The position numbers were made by a program, and so were the translations under genes. From the NCBI RefSeq assembly GCF_036321535.1, contig NC_087438.1, positions 11,596,001 through 11,660,000 on the forward strand: a stretch of 64,000 bases of DNA. The letters are read 5' to 3'. How positions within the stretch are numbered: position 1 is the first letter of the stretch; the number at the start of each line of letters is the position of its first letter. This document shows positions 36,475 to 50,022 of the stretch, piece by piece. The notes below the pieces were generated by a model. It worked only from the letters and a program-made list of their open reading frames with translations, was not told the origin of the DNA and searched no databases. This DNA is from Camelus dromedarius. Taxonomy: Eukaryota.

Positions 36475-39400
36475 AGAGTAGTAAGAGACTATTATAAACA
36501 ACTTTAAGCCAATTAATTCAATTACACAGATGAAATTGACAAGTTCTCTGAAAAACATAACTTTAAAAAACTGACTCAAGAAGAAACAGAAGGTATGAAT
36601 AACCCTATATACAATAAATTGACATTTTAATCAAAAACCTTCTGCAAACAAATGAACAAGCAACTCCAGGGCCAGATGGTTTCACTGGAGAATTTTACCA
36701 AACATTTAGAAAATATAATGTCAAATTTACATATACTCTTTCAGAAAATAAAGGAGGGTGGAATGTTTCCCAACTCATTTTATGAGCTCTGCATAAACTT
36801 GATACCAAAACCTGACAAAAACATTACAAGAAAAAAAAAATTCCATACCATATTCCTTATGAGCATAGATTGAAAAAAAAACCCTCTACAAATATTAACA
36901 AACCAAATCCATCAATATATAAAAAGGAAAATGCAGCATGAGTGAGGGGAATTCATCCTAGGACTGCAAGTTTGATATAATATTCAAATATCAATCAATG
37001 TAATTGACCATATCAACAAACTGAAAAATAAAAAGATTCTCTCAATAGATGTGGTAAAATTATGTGAAAAAATATTCATTCATAATGAAAACTAGGAGTA
37101 GAAAAAAAAAACTTCTTAACCTGAAAAGGGTATCTACAAAACACTTAAAGCTAGAATCATATTTAATGGTGGGAAAAAAAGGATCGAGTACTAGACAAAG
37201 ACACCACCCTTGTTATTTCTATTTGGTTTTGAACTGGATGTCCTAGTCAATGCAATAAGGCAAGAAAAAAAGGTATACAAATTGTAAAGGAAGAAGTATA
37301 AAATTGTCTCTATTCGTAGATGACATGATTACCTACGTAGAAAATCCTAGAGAATCTACAAGAAAACCTAATTAAATTACAAAGTCAATGTGGCAAAGCC
37401 TCAAAATACAAAGTCAATAAACAAAGATAAATTGTATTTAAACATGAGCAGCAAAAAGTTGGAAAACAAAATTATAAAAATAATACTACATAGAACACTA
37501 TAAATCAGAAATTACTTAGGATGAAACATGTTTAAGGGTAATCTACAAAACATTTCTGAAAGAAATTAAAGAAGACCTAAATAAATGACACTTATGTACC
37601 AGAAGACTCAATATTTTTCAGATAACCATTCTCCTCAAAGTTAATTTTTAAAGTTAAAACAGAAGAAAAATCGTATCAGAAAAAACAAATGTTTATCATT
37701 GTTTACATTTTCAAAAAAGAAACTACTCGTTTATGATGATCATCAATCAGTTGATATTATCACTCTAATTTTAACTCACAGTGATTAAAAACAAGAAACG
37801 TATCTCCGATTAGTTGCAATTTCCATAAGAATTAGGCAGAAGAAAACCCCCTGAACACTTTCTTGTGGGGAACAATCTTTACTACCACTCCTTTGGCCAC
37901 TGGTAATGCATATTCTTCAAGGAACAATGTCTTGGCCACAGATCACTGTTTGGTTTAATTAAAATGACTGGAACTAGATCACATGACGAAAAGAAATGCA
38001 GAAAGTTGGCTGGGCAGCCTCCCACGTGTACTGGGGAATGTTGTGGTGCGCTCACGTTATTGTACAGAACACAAAACATCAATAGATTATTTTTTCCAGA
38101 GTCATGGAAATCCCAAGAGTTCGACAAGCCATGTCCCATGACTACAGAGCTGTTCTCGGTACAGTTTATAGTTCAAGAGGAAGAAATCAAGCAGGTGAGG
38201 CAAGGGTCACCTCGGGGGTTCTTGATATGATTGTCCAGAGCTGTATGCCTGAGCCCTAGGATTATAAAGTAGGAGAGAAACCTCTCAGAGAAGACAGCTT
38301 CTAAGAAAACTTCAGTACTGAGAACCTTCCTAGCTTTCCTCGTGACATCTGGGCTCAAATAGCGTGGATGCAAGAAAGGGCAAGGCTGCCTTTTGACTTT
38401 AGGGCCAAGAGAATAAAGTCGTGAATGAATCAGGACAAAGGTTAAACTAGCCTGAGCCCACGTGGAACAGAAAAGGGACCAAGAATTCAGGGCTGGGCCA
38501 GAGTGATCAGATAAGCCTGGAAAGTTTGAAAATTCAATTCTAAGGTGGGAGGAAATTCCAAAGTGAATGTTTCATTACTAAATGAGAAGCAAGACCGGCA
38601 GAGCCACCGACGTGGAGAAGTGAGGGATACTAAACAGGAGAAGCATCTCAGAACAGCCAGGGACCAGGACGCTAATTATGCAGATGAGATGAGCTTTCCA
38701 AAAAACCCTTTTAGCAAAAGTTCTCCTTTATCCAGATGCCAAGTCTTTGGAAATAGGAGGCTGAGCCTGAAGACTATCCCGTCTGGCTGTCTCCAGATCC
38801 ACAGGAAGATGGTAGCTCAAAGGAGAAGATGTGAAGCTTTCTTACAGAGGATGAGTATCCTTAGTTGGAAGGTTTTGCCTAACTGAGAAAAATCTCTCAG
38901 ATGACTGAATATTAACAGGAGCAACAGCTTTTTGAACTAACAAGGAAGCATTAATTTAGCCACAATAGGGTACGGGGTCTACATAAGGAATATCAAGGAG
39001 TCTGGATCTCATGTAAGAAAACGTATAGTTATTCCTCCATTTTTTCCCCTAATTCTTTTAGAACCATCCATACCTCATCTCCCAATGTAATCGCTTATTC
39101 AATTGTTCTGACTGTTACAGATTTACACACTTGTCAAGGGCTTGTTGGTCCAGATTTAACAGTCCAAAAGTTGAAATAAAAATACACTTTAGCTCTTCAG
39201 TGTTTCAGTTTATACTGTCCTTTCCCTCTCTGTCTTATAACAAAAGCAAGTGTTATTCATTATATCAAATCATGGAAATGTCCCCCATGTGTCAACTGTC
39301 TAATACAGTTAATCTCAGTGACTAGATTTTGCCCCATATGAATTAAAAGTGTATGTCTGCATATAATGCATTTTTGTTTCAATACCCTTCTCAATATTCA

Positions 39401-39620
39401 ATATTAATGATGTTTGAATACAAGCTCCCCAGGGGATCTCTGAGTAATTATTAGGCGGTCATAATGGTATTTACTCATTCTCTCCATAAGGAGTTGAAAG
39501 CTACCTTTGCTAAAGGAGCTTGTTAAAACTCTCAGTGGGCTGTTACTGTTTTCAACCTTGTTTTTGGAACCGAATTTTCAGGGAAAACAACTATCTTTAC
39601 AAAACTTTGACATATTCACA

Positions 39621-40110
39621 TGTTGAGGTATGGGGAAGTCATTGTGGCTTATACGTGAGTTAACATGAATTTCGTGCTAACTGAAAAAGCCTATTTGTGT
39701 ACAATCAAACATACATTGTGTAACTACTTTAATTATTAAAGAAAACTGTGCATTGGCCAGAAGTAAAGAACGTCTATGTTAGAAATAAAGGTTAAATACC
39801 TCTCTGTCCAAGATGCCAATGATGGTACTTACCTTCAACGATCAGACTCCCCTCCCAGGTGCCAGCACCTTACTGACTCACTGTGTTCATGCTGATTTGT
39901 TTTTCTTGAAACTGAAAGAATATATCCCTGGCTTGTTTCATATCCTTTGTTCTGACCAGATGTAAACCTGTGCTGAAAGCCACGCTTCTCTGTAGCAGTT
40001 TCTCAGAGTTTTATGAGAGGCTGTCTTCCAGGCGATAGTCCTTTTAGTTTGGCTCAAATAAAACTCTTTTCTATTCCTGTATTAGATTATTTATTGACTA
40101 TTTTTGACCA
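39621..40110 (+). mobile_element. ERV1-type solo LTR
   Basis: Starts TGTTGAGG and ends ...ttgacCA. Its R/U5 gagaggctgtcttccaggcgatagtccttttagtttggctcaaataaaact resembles the LTR at 45454 and the ERV 3' LTR. Confidence 0.72.
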
Positions 40111-42845
40111 AACACTGTATATTCTCCTGCTGGTCAGAAGAGCACCCTTGGTAATTATGGAGCACAGCACGAGTCAGATTGTATCTTCCGTGGATTTATG
40201 CAGTTTTGCATAGTGATTTTCCCTTGGCAGTGAGGAGGTGGGCTAATGTGCTGGTTCCGACAGAGAGCTGTGAACGAGCCCCTCTGCCAAGTCAGTTATT
40301 TTTCTCATAAGGACTTTAGTATTTTTCACTGTAAAAGGATACCTGAAAGAATTGTCTGAGAACAGCTGTGTCCTGACACCCCCATACCTAGCTCTCTTTC
40401 CTTACATGGGTTCTGGAGACTGAACCGGTGGCTATAAGACAATCAAGTTGCTGAATCAGTAACAGGGAGGACGCAGCCCATCAAACTGAGCACTGAACAC
40501 ACAGCGTCTACTACATGAAGCTGGACTTTGCCTCTGTTTCGGGCTAGAGAAGTCTCACTGCGGGATGACGCCGCCAATGTGAAGGTGCACGGAATTCTGC
40601 CACCTTTGAATTTCTGATGTGTATAAATGTATTCGTTCAGCATATATTTTTTGGATCCCTGGGATGTGCCAGGCCCAATAGAAGGCACTAGACTGAGGAA
40701 AAATTCCTGTTCTCATGGGATCACTCACAAAGAGAAAAAGAAACACAAAAAGCTTCCAGGACAGGTGAGCAGAGTCTAAAAGGACAGGTAAAGAGTTGAT
40801 TCGGTGGAAAGAGTCTGCTGCAGACTTGGCAAGGAGATGGAAGGGCAGGCTGAAAGAAGCACGTGCAGAGGAGCCGGTATGTTTGGGAACTAGTGAGATT
40901 TTTATTGTCACTGGAGAGTACAGTCCTTGCTGGCAAGTAGTGGAAGTGGCTCATGAGGGGCTTCTAGGATCGGCTACGAAGTTAAATTGTATCCTGTCAG
41001 GCACTGGCTATAATCACAAGAAAGAACCAGGTCTAAATGTGGTAGGATGCTGCCAGGTCCTGCCACACATACCACAGTGCCTGGGCACGAAGCCGGTGCT
41101 CAGTTAGCCATAATTATTATTCCAAAGGCACAACTGAGAACTTCTCTGAGACAGGGAAATCCTGACCCTCTGCTTCTAGATGTTTCTAGAGAAAATCTGC
41201 TGGAAGAACAATCACCAGTGTGTCTGAGGATGGCTACCCCTCCCAGCTCCCAGTTACACCCCAAATCATGACCCATTTGCCGACATCCGGCTGTGGTTAG
41301 CACAACAGTTTGCTTGAGTGCAAAGAAATCCTTTCCACTGACATAAGAAATTGTAAATCTAAGAAATTGTAAATCTTTTCAGGGAGATTTGGCAACTCAG
41401 CAATCCCCAGTTAAAGGGGGTGGTGGTGGGGGGAAATAGCTATGATATCTTCTCATATTTTATTCTTTACTTTGAGCAATATATTAATAACCCCAACAAA
41501 CGGATAACTTCCCACTAGTTCCTGGACTTCCTCACTGTCTCATAGTTTTCCCATCATAAGAGTTTTGGAGGAAAAATAAAGAATAAGCTTTTCCTCACTA
41601 AAGAGAGCATCCTTTTGCTTAAACTTAAACTTAAGGTCATTTGTTCACATTTTAATTGATAACCTACCATTTGCCAGGCCAGGCAGAAGTGCAGGACGGA
41701 GCACTACCGTGAGACATAGCGTCACACCCAAGGGTCCAGTGAGGAAGAGACACATGACAAGTGACTGCAAAGGATGCCCCATCAATCATATCTGTGCGCA
41801 CAGCACTCTCACAGCGCAGAACAGAGATACAACTCGTAATCGGGAGGCACAGCAAGCAGAAGGAGGAGGGCATGAGCTCTGGGGTTTTGAAGAAGCTGTA
41901 GAAGTTCATTAGGCAGAAAAGAATATGCCAGACAGAAGGCCAAGCAGCTCTCAATTGTTGGCTTTGGGTTCTGCTTTAATTTCATTTTATCCTTCACTCA
42001 CTTTTTCTAATAGATATGAGTTCAATTCCCACACCCTGGCTTTGCAAACCAGCAGCAGTCAAATAATGACTTCTTATCCCATTAATTCCAATATATTTTT
42101 AATTCTAGCTACTAATTTATAATTTACTTCCAGTTATTAATTCCAGTGTAATATCTGGTTTCCACCTCAAATAGCCCATAATCTACTTGAGTGATGAGAC
42201 CAATGCATGGGAAACAGAGGGGAGTCAAATAATACAGCATGTGATTAAGTCACAAGCCGTGCAGAAGAGACCGTGAGTTTCGTAACTGGCGTTTGGTGGA
42301 CAGATGTCAGTGCAGACTAAAGCAATCCAGAATGGCTTCCTGGAGGAAACTGGCCTGCCTGTGAGCAGTAGGGAAAATTTAGAGAGTAAAAGTCCGGGAT
42401 AAGACCTTCCAGGCAGGAGCAACATGAACAAGGCTCCACAGCAGGAGAATGAACAAGGGATGCTTCTGTGGAGCCCGATTTAAAATAAGGCTGTGTCTGC
42501 AGAACCCCTGAGGAACTATTTGAGAAGCGAGAAGTGTGGTCAACAGGCTGCTAGATACAGAACATCCAGCAATATGACTAATTCTTTCCCCGAAAATCCC
42601 TTTGATATATGATCATCTGTTTACATGGCCGCTTCCCCGACCTCACCGGGACTCTCAGCAGGCAGGGGCGGTACCTTATCGATGTCTGCATGAGTCTTTG
42701 TTACTTGGCATCATGCTTGGCACCGCATCAGAACTCACACTGGGTCGGTGAAGGAGACTTAGTTTTGCTTCTTCTCTTTATGGGAGTGATTTGCTTTGAT
42801 GGCATAAAAGGATCCCAAAGTCACTTTAACTTTCTAGTTCTAGTC

Positions 42846-43061
42846 TGGTGGTTCTCAACCAAGGATAATTTTGCCACACCCACTCCCCAGGGGACCTTCG
42901 ACAGAATTTGGAGATATTTTTGGTTGTCATTACTGGAGATGGTGCTCCTAGTATCCAGGGGGCAGAAGCCAGCGATGCGGGTAAACATCCTGCAATGTAC
43001 AAGTCAGCCCTGCAACAAAAATTACCCCAGATGTCAATAGTGCCAAGGCTGAGAAACCCTA
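42846..43061. mobile_element. MER20-like hAT-Charlie MITE
   Basis: gtggttctcaacc...atttggagatatttttggttgtca...taaacatcctgcaatg...atgtcaatagtgccaaggctgagaaaccct, with 8-bp flanks ttctagtc / gtctagtc. Confidence 0.88.
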
Positions 43062-43086
43062 GTCTAGTCTAGTCTAGTCTAGTCTA
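43059..43086. repeat. (CTAGT)5.6 pentanucleotide repeat
   Basis: Direct reading of the sequence. Confidence 0.92.
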
Positions 43087-43554
43087 ATCATTCTTAAGAC
43101 TGAAATAGATGCTGTGTTCGGATTGTGGGTGTCTTCGCTGTCCTCTCTTCTGAACTTAAAGCATACTTCTCTTTAAAAAGAAATGAGGGGGGAAAAGCCC
43201 AATTCTTTCCAAGATCACTGCACTTAGTTTCCTGGGAAACCTAACAGCAGTCATGTCCAGAGTGTGTCACGGGTCATCTCATCAGCCAGCAAACTGCATT
43301 ACATGGTGACTCAGCCAGCAAATGCACGAGAAACAGTGCAGGGAGGACAATGTCAGGCGGTGACTAATGTGCTGATGTGTTCAAGGTGCCTGATTCCTTG
43401 TGATTCTGCACGTAGTAAGCTGTGTGTGTACATTACACAGCATGCTCATATTTTAAATGAATGATAGATGATTCAATGAAGCGTTGATGAAGGAAGGGAA
43501 AGCATGTTGCTTAATGAAAGACTTCTTTATAACTTGGAATAGATAGAAACAGAC

Positions 43555-43672
43555 GGATGCAAGGAAGGAAGGACTGAGGGAGGAAGGATAGAGAGATGAG
43601 TGGATGGATGGATGATAGGTAGATAAATGGATGGATGGATAAATGGATGAATAGATAGATGGACAGACAGAC
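43555..43672. repeat. Compound (GGAA)/(GGAT)/(GATA)/(GACA) tetranucleotide tract
   Basis: Direct reading of the sequence. Confidence 0.85.
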
Positions 43673-45453
43673 TGAGCTACCCTCATCCAAGGACACAGCC
43701 AAGGTCACTATAACATCATAATGCTGTGTGGCCATCTCGCACCATGTCTCCATTCACTGGAATCACTTAGATTACAAAAAAACAGTTGGCCTTTTCCATT
43801 TTTGATTAGGAATTGGAAGAAAGCTATTCAAAAAGGTTAGGCTGATTCTAATATTCTGATACTAAACAGTTTCTGGATTAGGCGAACTTGAGGCCTCAGA
43901 GAGGGGAATCTACACTACAAACTAAATAATTGTGTTGTTCTGGAGAAGGGAGAGCTCTTCAGATAAGAAAGAAAACCAAAAACAATCTGATGGGCATGGA
44001 TGAAAAATGTGTCTACTGAGGAGAGAATTCAGCCCATTCCAGATCTGAACGTACACAACTGAGAATCTGTCCTCATAACACATTTGGAAGGAGGCAGAAA
44101 ACTCTTCAGGGACCTTTTATTTTAAGGAAGAGAGAAGAATGGTCCAAGCAGGGAAGTAAACTTCTGGGCAAGGCCACCACGTTGGCTGGCAGGAAATCAA
44201 TCTGACCACTGGCACTGGTCCAGCGATCCTGTTACTCTGTACGATGCCTCTGAACTCGCCCTGAAACCTCTCCCTTTCTCAGCTTGGGTCATCTTCTCAC
44301 TGCTATGGGCTCACGTACCATTCACTCTTAATTCCTTCTCACCAGTCCAATCCATTACTTTCGATAGCGGCATAAACCACCTGCCCCAGGACCCATAATG
44401 TCAAAGGTGGCTGGGGTGGGATCCCAGCTGGGGCGCTGGCCACAGGTCAGGTGTTTTATGAAGCTGTTCCTGTACTACTTCTGATAAAATCTCTGTCTAT
44501 CCTGAAAAACATTCCAAAATAATGAACATTACAGAAGGAATGAATATGAAATTATCCACATGACAGCTGAACTAGCTTTTAAGCCACTTTATTTATGAAC
44601 AGGATTTATCTGATAGAAGATGTGAAGGCAACTTTTCTAGAGTTTTCCCTCACCCAAGAGATGCTTAGAGTGAAAAAAAAAATTAAGTAGTTTGGAGAAC
44701 AGAGAAGGGCTTGAGGGCAGCACTATTGATTCTTTTGGAAATTAGATTACCACATTACCGTATTTTAGGAGGTTATAGCCCTAACCCTCTTAAAGGATAA
44801 TTTATTTTTCAACAAACTTCTTTGACAAAAGTTTTGTAATTGAAAGTAGGAGAATGCATGACTGCAATGAAGCATGCTTCACAAACAGTGAACTAAGGCA
44901 ACTGTAACCCCAAATAATTAATAAATTATGAAACAGCTACAACAATATTAAATGTACTCCCAGCTAAAAGAAATAAAGCCTAAATCTGGGCATGTTAGGG
45001 CTAAGAGGTGGAGAAGGAGGGCAGGCATAGGGTTGCAGTGGTGGATGCAGAACTTAGAAGGTCTCATCTTAACATCTGTTGGGGAAGAGAAAGGGGACCT
45101 ACTGGTGGCAGGACTGTCCCCAGGCAGGACAAGCAGACGAAGAAAAGGAGGGACACAGAAGGTCAGATCTATTCAATTCTAAAAGCTCCAGTGGCCAGGA
45201 GCAAGCAAGGCAGGGTGAAGAGGGAGCTGCAGAGCACGAGATTCAGGGAGGGCCACAGCACCCAGCATGGAGACCAGCTGAGGTGGCCCAGAGAGCAGCC
45301 AACGGAAAACCAGGCCTGTGTATTTCTGGGTAGTGGGGGCACATGAGAAAAGTGTGCTTTGGGCTGGGTTTCTCCTGTAGCTGCAGGAGCAGAGCTCTGC
45401 ACAAAGAGCTTTATGGAGAGAGCATTTGTGTCGTGTGTGCGTGTGCGTGCACG

Positions 45454-45954
45454 TGTGGGCCTGTAAATGGGGAATATTGCCGGCCCTTCCAGTAGACAAA
45501 GTATGTTGCCCACCATCAGGCCATCAGCCACCGCAGTGGCCCCTGACAGTGTGCCCTGAGGGGATTTCAGAGTGGAGAAAACCAGGAAATGTTCTGTATT
45601 CTGGATACTGGCCCCAGGTAGTTAAGATCATATCTAAAAAATAATTTCAATGAGCCCAGGCTCTTGCATCTTCCCATATATAGAAAAGCACTAAAATCAT
45701 TAACTGGAGATGTCTATTTTTTTGTGATTAACAATAATCTTTTGATGTTCGACTGCAGGGTTTTTTTGGGGGTTTTTTTTGTTTGTTTGTTTTTTTCAGT
45801 AAGAACTCCTATATATCCTGGCTCTTCCCTTATCTCTTTGGAACTATTGATCAGAGCTGTCTGAGAGGCTGTCTTCCAGGCTATAGTTCTCAGTTAGGTC
45901 CCCAAATAAAACTTAACTGGCAACTCTTAGGTCGTGCATTTTCTTCAGTCAACA
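45454..45954 (+). mobile_element. ERV1-type solo LTR
   Basis: TG...CA ends (tgtgggcc...agtcaaca), TATA-like ctatatat near 45809, and gagaggctgtcttccaggctatagttctcagttaggtccccaaataaaact. Confidence 0.75.
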
Positions 45955-46034
45955 CGCACATGTAAACGTGTATGTGTGCGCATGTGTGTTTATGACTCGT
46001 ACTTGTGTCCTCCATCTGGTGGTGATGATGTGTT

Positions 46035-46240
46035 GTTAACATCACAAGCCTCAGTGTGGTCCAGCCTCAGTGAGAGTCCTAATTCTGCTACTTCCTACAC
46101 AACCTTGGAAATCTGCTTGACACTTCAGAGCCTCAGTTTCCTCCTTTACAACAGCAGAATAGTAATACTCACCTCATAGGATTGCTCTGAGCATCACAAG
46201 AGATGAATCTCCCTAAAACACTTAACAGCTTCCCTGGAAC
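46035..46240 (+). mobile_element. MIR SINE
   Basis: gagtcctaattctgctactt...accttgga...gagcctcagtttcctc...acctcataggattg...taaaacacttaaca. Confidence 0.75.
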
Positions 46241-46862
46241 AGAAGCACTCGATGAACCGCATCCAGCTATAAACTGAAACGAAGACAGAGTTTCCAGAAA
46301 TTCACACGCTGAGCCCTGGGAGGAGGCAGGCCCAGGCTTGTTTTGCACAACAGGCAAATATATCCACTGCCACTTTTCTTTCCAGAACCATTGGCTAATA
46401 TATCAGTGAAGTTTCATTTGAGAAACATGTTTTCTTCCCAGATCTCTAAAAATCTATGCAAAGCATAATTGTATATTTTTATTAATTTATAAAATTTTAT
46501 AGTATAAGCTAGTATGAAGGCCCCCTTTCAGAAGATAAAAATTATAAGACAAAAAATATTGTTTAGGACACTGAGACCAAGATCACATAAGTCAGTTTTT
46601 GTGCTTGTTAAGACTGTTTTGCACAAAGGGATCATTAAACTGTGTCACTGGACTCAAAGGAGATCAGGTGTAATGAAGAAAACTCTCCATCTCAGCCCAG
46701 AGATTGCATTTTTCCACTACTTATATGTGGGCTGCTAGTTGTGGGTGAAGAGCAGCATGTTCACATAAGAATATGCACAGTGTAATACAATATAACAGTA
46801 CGCTATGAAATAGGTATTTATTTGAAATAGAGAATATTAGAGGTTAACAAAAGCATTTAGAA

Positions 46863-49800
46863 GGCCTTCCTTAAGAAACAAGAAAAATCTCAAATAAACA
46901 ATCTAACCTGCCATCCAAAGGAAATCGAAAAAGAAGAACAAGCAAAGTCCAAAGTCAGCTGAAGGGAGGAAACAATAAAGATCAATGAAACCAAGAGCTT
47001 GTTTTTTAAAAAGATAAACGAAGTTGATAAACCTTTAGCTAGGTTTATTAAGAAGAAAGGAGAGAAGACTCAGATAAACAAATAAGAAGTGAAAGAGGAG
47101 AAATAATAACTGATACCGCAGATATTTTAAAAATCATGAGAATACTATGAACAGTTATATGCTAAAAAATTGGACAACCTAGAAGAAATGTTCAAATATC
47201 TAGAAACAAAAACCTACCAAGACTGAATCAGAAAGAAATAGACAATCTGAACAGACTGATCATTAGTAGTGAAATTAAATTTGTAATGAAAAAACTCCCA
47301 GCAACCAAAACCCAGGACTGGATGGCTTCACAGGGGAGTTCTACAAAATATTTAAAGAAGAGCTAATCCTATCTTTCTCAAATATTCTGAAAAATTGAAG
47401 AAGATGGAGCACTCCAAAATTTATTCTACAAGACCACCAGTACCTTGATATGAAAACCAAAGACATTACAAAAAAAAGAGAAAACAACAGGCCAATATCT
47501 CTGATGAATATAGACACAAAAATCCTCAGCAAAGCATTAGCAAAATGAATCCGGCAATATATAAAAAGGATCATACATTCATGATGAAGTGGGATTTATT
47601 CCAAGGATGCAAGGACAGTTCAATATTCACAAATAAATCAATGGAATACATCACATTAATGAAAAGAAAAGTAAATATCATATGATTATCTCAATTGATA
47701 CAGAAAAAGCATTTGACAAACTTCAACATCCATTGATAAACACTCTCACTGAAGTTAGTATAGAGGGAACATGCCTCAACATAATAAAGGCCATTTATGA
47801 CAAGCCCACAGCTAGCATCATTCTTGATGGTGAAATACTGAAATGTCTCCTCTAAAATCAGGAAAAGACGTGATCTTCACTCTCTCTCATCACGTCTATT
47901 TAACTTGGTATTTGAAATCCCACCTACAGCCATCAGACAAGAAAAAGAATAAAAGTTATCCAAATTGGAAGGGAAAAATAACACTGTCACTATTTATATA
48001 TGACATAATATTTTATATAGAAAACCCTAGTCTCTCTCCACCCAAAAAATTTTAGAACTAATAAATGAATTCAGTAAAGTTTCAGGATAAAAGATCAATA
48101 TACAGAAGTCTATTGCTTTTCTATACACTAATAATGAACTATCAAAAAGAGAAAGCAAGAAAATTATCACATTTAAAAATCTCACCAAAAAGAAAAAAAA
48201 ATACCTAGAATAAACTTAACCATGGAAATGAAAGATATATACTCTGAAAACTATAAAACATTGATGAAGGAATTTGAATCTGATACAAATAAATAAAAAG
48301 GTATACTGTGTTCTTGGATTGGAAGAATTAATATTGTTAAAATGTCCATACTACTGAAAGCAACCTACAGATTTAATGCAACTCCTATTAAAATACCCAT
48401 GACATTTTTCAAAGAATTAGAATAAATAATGCTAAAAGTTATCTGGAACCACAAAAGACCCTGAATTGCTAAAGAAATCTTGAGAAAGAAGAACAAAGCC
48501 ACAAGTATTATGCTCCCTGACTTCAGACTACACTACAAAGCTACAGTAATCAAAACAGCATGATACTGGCACAAAAACAGACACATAGATCAGTGGACCA
48601 GAACAGAGAGTCCAGAAATAAACCCATGTACCTATGTCAATTAATCTATGACAAAGGAGGCAAGAATACACAATGAGGAAAAGACAGTCTCTTCAATAAG
48701 TGATGGTAGGAAAACTAGACAGCTACATATAAAAGAATGAGATTAGAGCAATTCTTCACACTATATACAGAAATAAACCCAAAGTGGATGAAAGACCTAA
48801 ATGTAAGACTGGAAATCATAAAATTTCCAGAAGAGAACATAGAAAGAACATGCTTTGACATAAATCATAGCAATATTTTTTAGATCTGTCTCCTAAGGCA
48901 AAAGAAATAAAAGCAAAAATTAACAAATGGAACCTAATTAACTTAAAAGCTTTTGCACGGCAAAGGAAACCATCGACATATGAAAAGACAACCTACTGAA
49001 TGGGAAAAAATATTTGCAAATGATATAACTGATAAGGGGTTAATACCCAAAATACATAGAGAGCTCATAAAACTCAATATCAAAAAAGCAAATAACCTGA
49101 TCAAAAACTGGGTAGAAGATCTGAATAGATATGTTTCCAAAGAAGACATACAGATGGATGACAAGCACGTGAAAAAATGCTCAACATCATTAATCATCAG
49201 TGAAATGCAAATCAAAGCTAGAATGAGGTATCACCTAACACCATTGGAATGGCTATCATCAAAACATCTGCAAATAACATGCACTAGTGAGGATGGGGAG
49301 TAGTGCACTGCTGGGGGGAATGCAAATTGGGGTAGCCACTAAGGAGAACAGTCCGGAGGGTCCTCAAAAAACTAAAAACAGAATGACCATATGATCCAGC
49401 AATTCCACACCTGGGTATATATCTGAAGAAAACAAAAATACTAGTTCAAAAAGGTATATACATCCAATGTTCACAATAGCATCATTTACATTAGCCAAGA
49501 CATGAAGCAACCTGTGTCCATCAACAGATGAATGTATAATCTTTAGAAGATGTGGTATACACATACACAGTGGAGTACTACTCAGCCATAAATAAGAACG
49601 AAATTTTGCCACATGCACTAACATGGATGGACCTGGAGTATATTATGCTAAGTGAAATAAGTCAGACAGAGAAAGACAAATACTGTATGTTATCACTTAT
49701 GTGTAAAATCTAAAAAATAAAACTAGTGAATACAACAAAAAAGAAACAGACTCACAGATATAAAGAACAAACTAATAGTTACCAGTGGGGAGAGGGGAAG

Positions 49801-50008
49801 GGGGAAGAGCAAGATAGGGTTAAGAGATACAAACTATTATTTATAAAATAGATAAGCAACAAGGATATATTGTATTGCACAGGGAAATAATGGCCATTGT
49901 TTTGTAATAACTTTAAGTGGAGTATAAGCTTTAAAAATATTGAATCACTATGTTATATACCTGAAACTAATATAATATTATAAATTTACTACATTTCAAT
50001 TTTTTTTA
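46863..50008 (+). mobile_element. 5'-truncated L1 (ORF2 RT and C-terminal region plus 3' UTR), inactive
   Basis: Peptides [29 protein letters not shown] and RYHLTP, plus gaaaaagcatttgacaaa (EKAFDK). Flanking 14-bp duplication aaaagcatttagaa (46849-46862) / aaaagcacttggaa (50009-50022). Many stops and frameshifts. Confidence 0.95.
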
Positions 50009-50022
50009 AAAAGCACTTGGAA

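Larger units (their letters stand above)
30895..37635 (+). mobile_element. Old L1 ORF2 fragment split by the ERV (pieces about 30895-30971 and 36475-37635)
   Basis: Left piece ends ttctttgaaatattaataaaattgataaa. Right piece continues with ccagggccagatggtttcactggagaatttta, cccaactcattttatgag, gtagatgacatgatt (RT DDMI motif) and gaaattaaagaagacctaaataaatg. Confidence 0.8.

Noticed and set aside
46005..46024. Second CTCF-like motif (minus strand CCACCAGATGGAGG)
   Set aside because: It mismatches at the highly conserved C of GGC, so it is too weak to call.
48953..49303. 116-aa ORF as a host gene
   Set aside because: It is the L1 ORF2 C-terminal region within a truncated, mutated L1.
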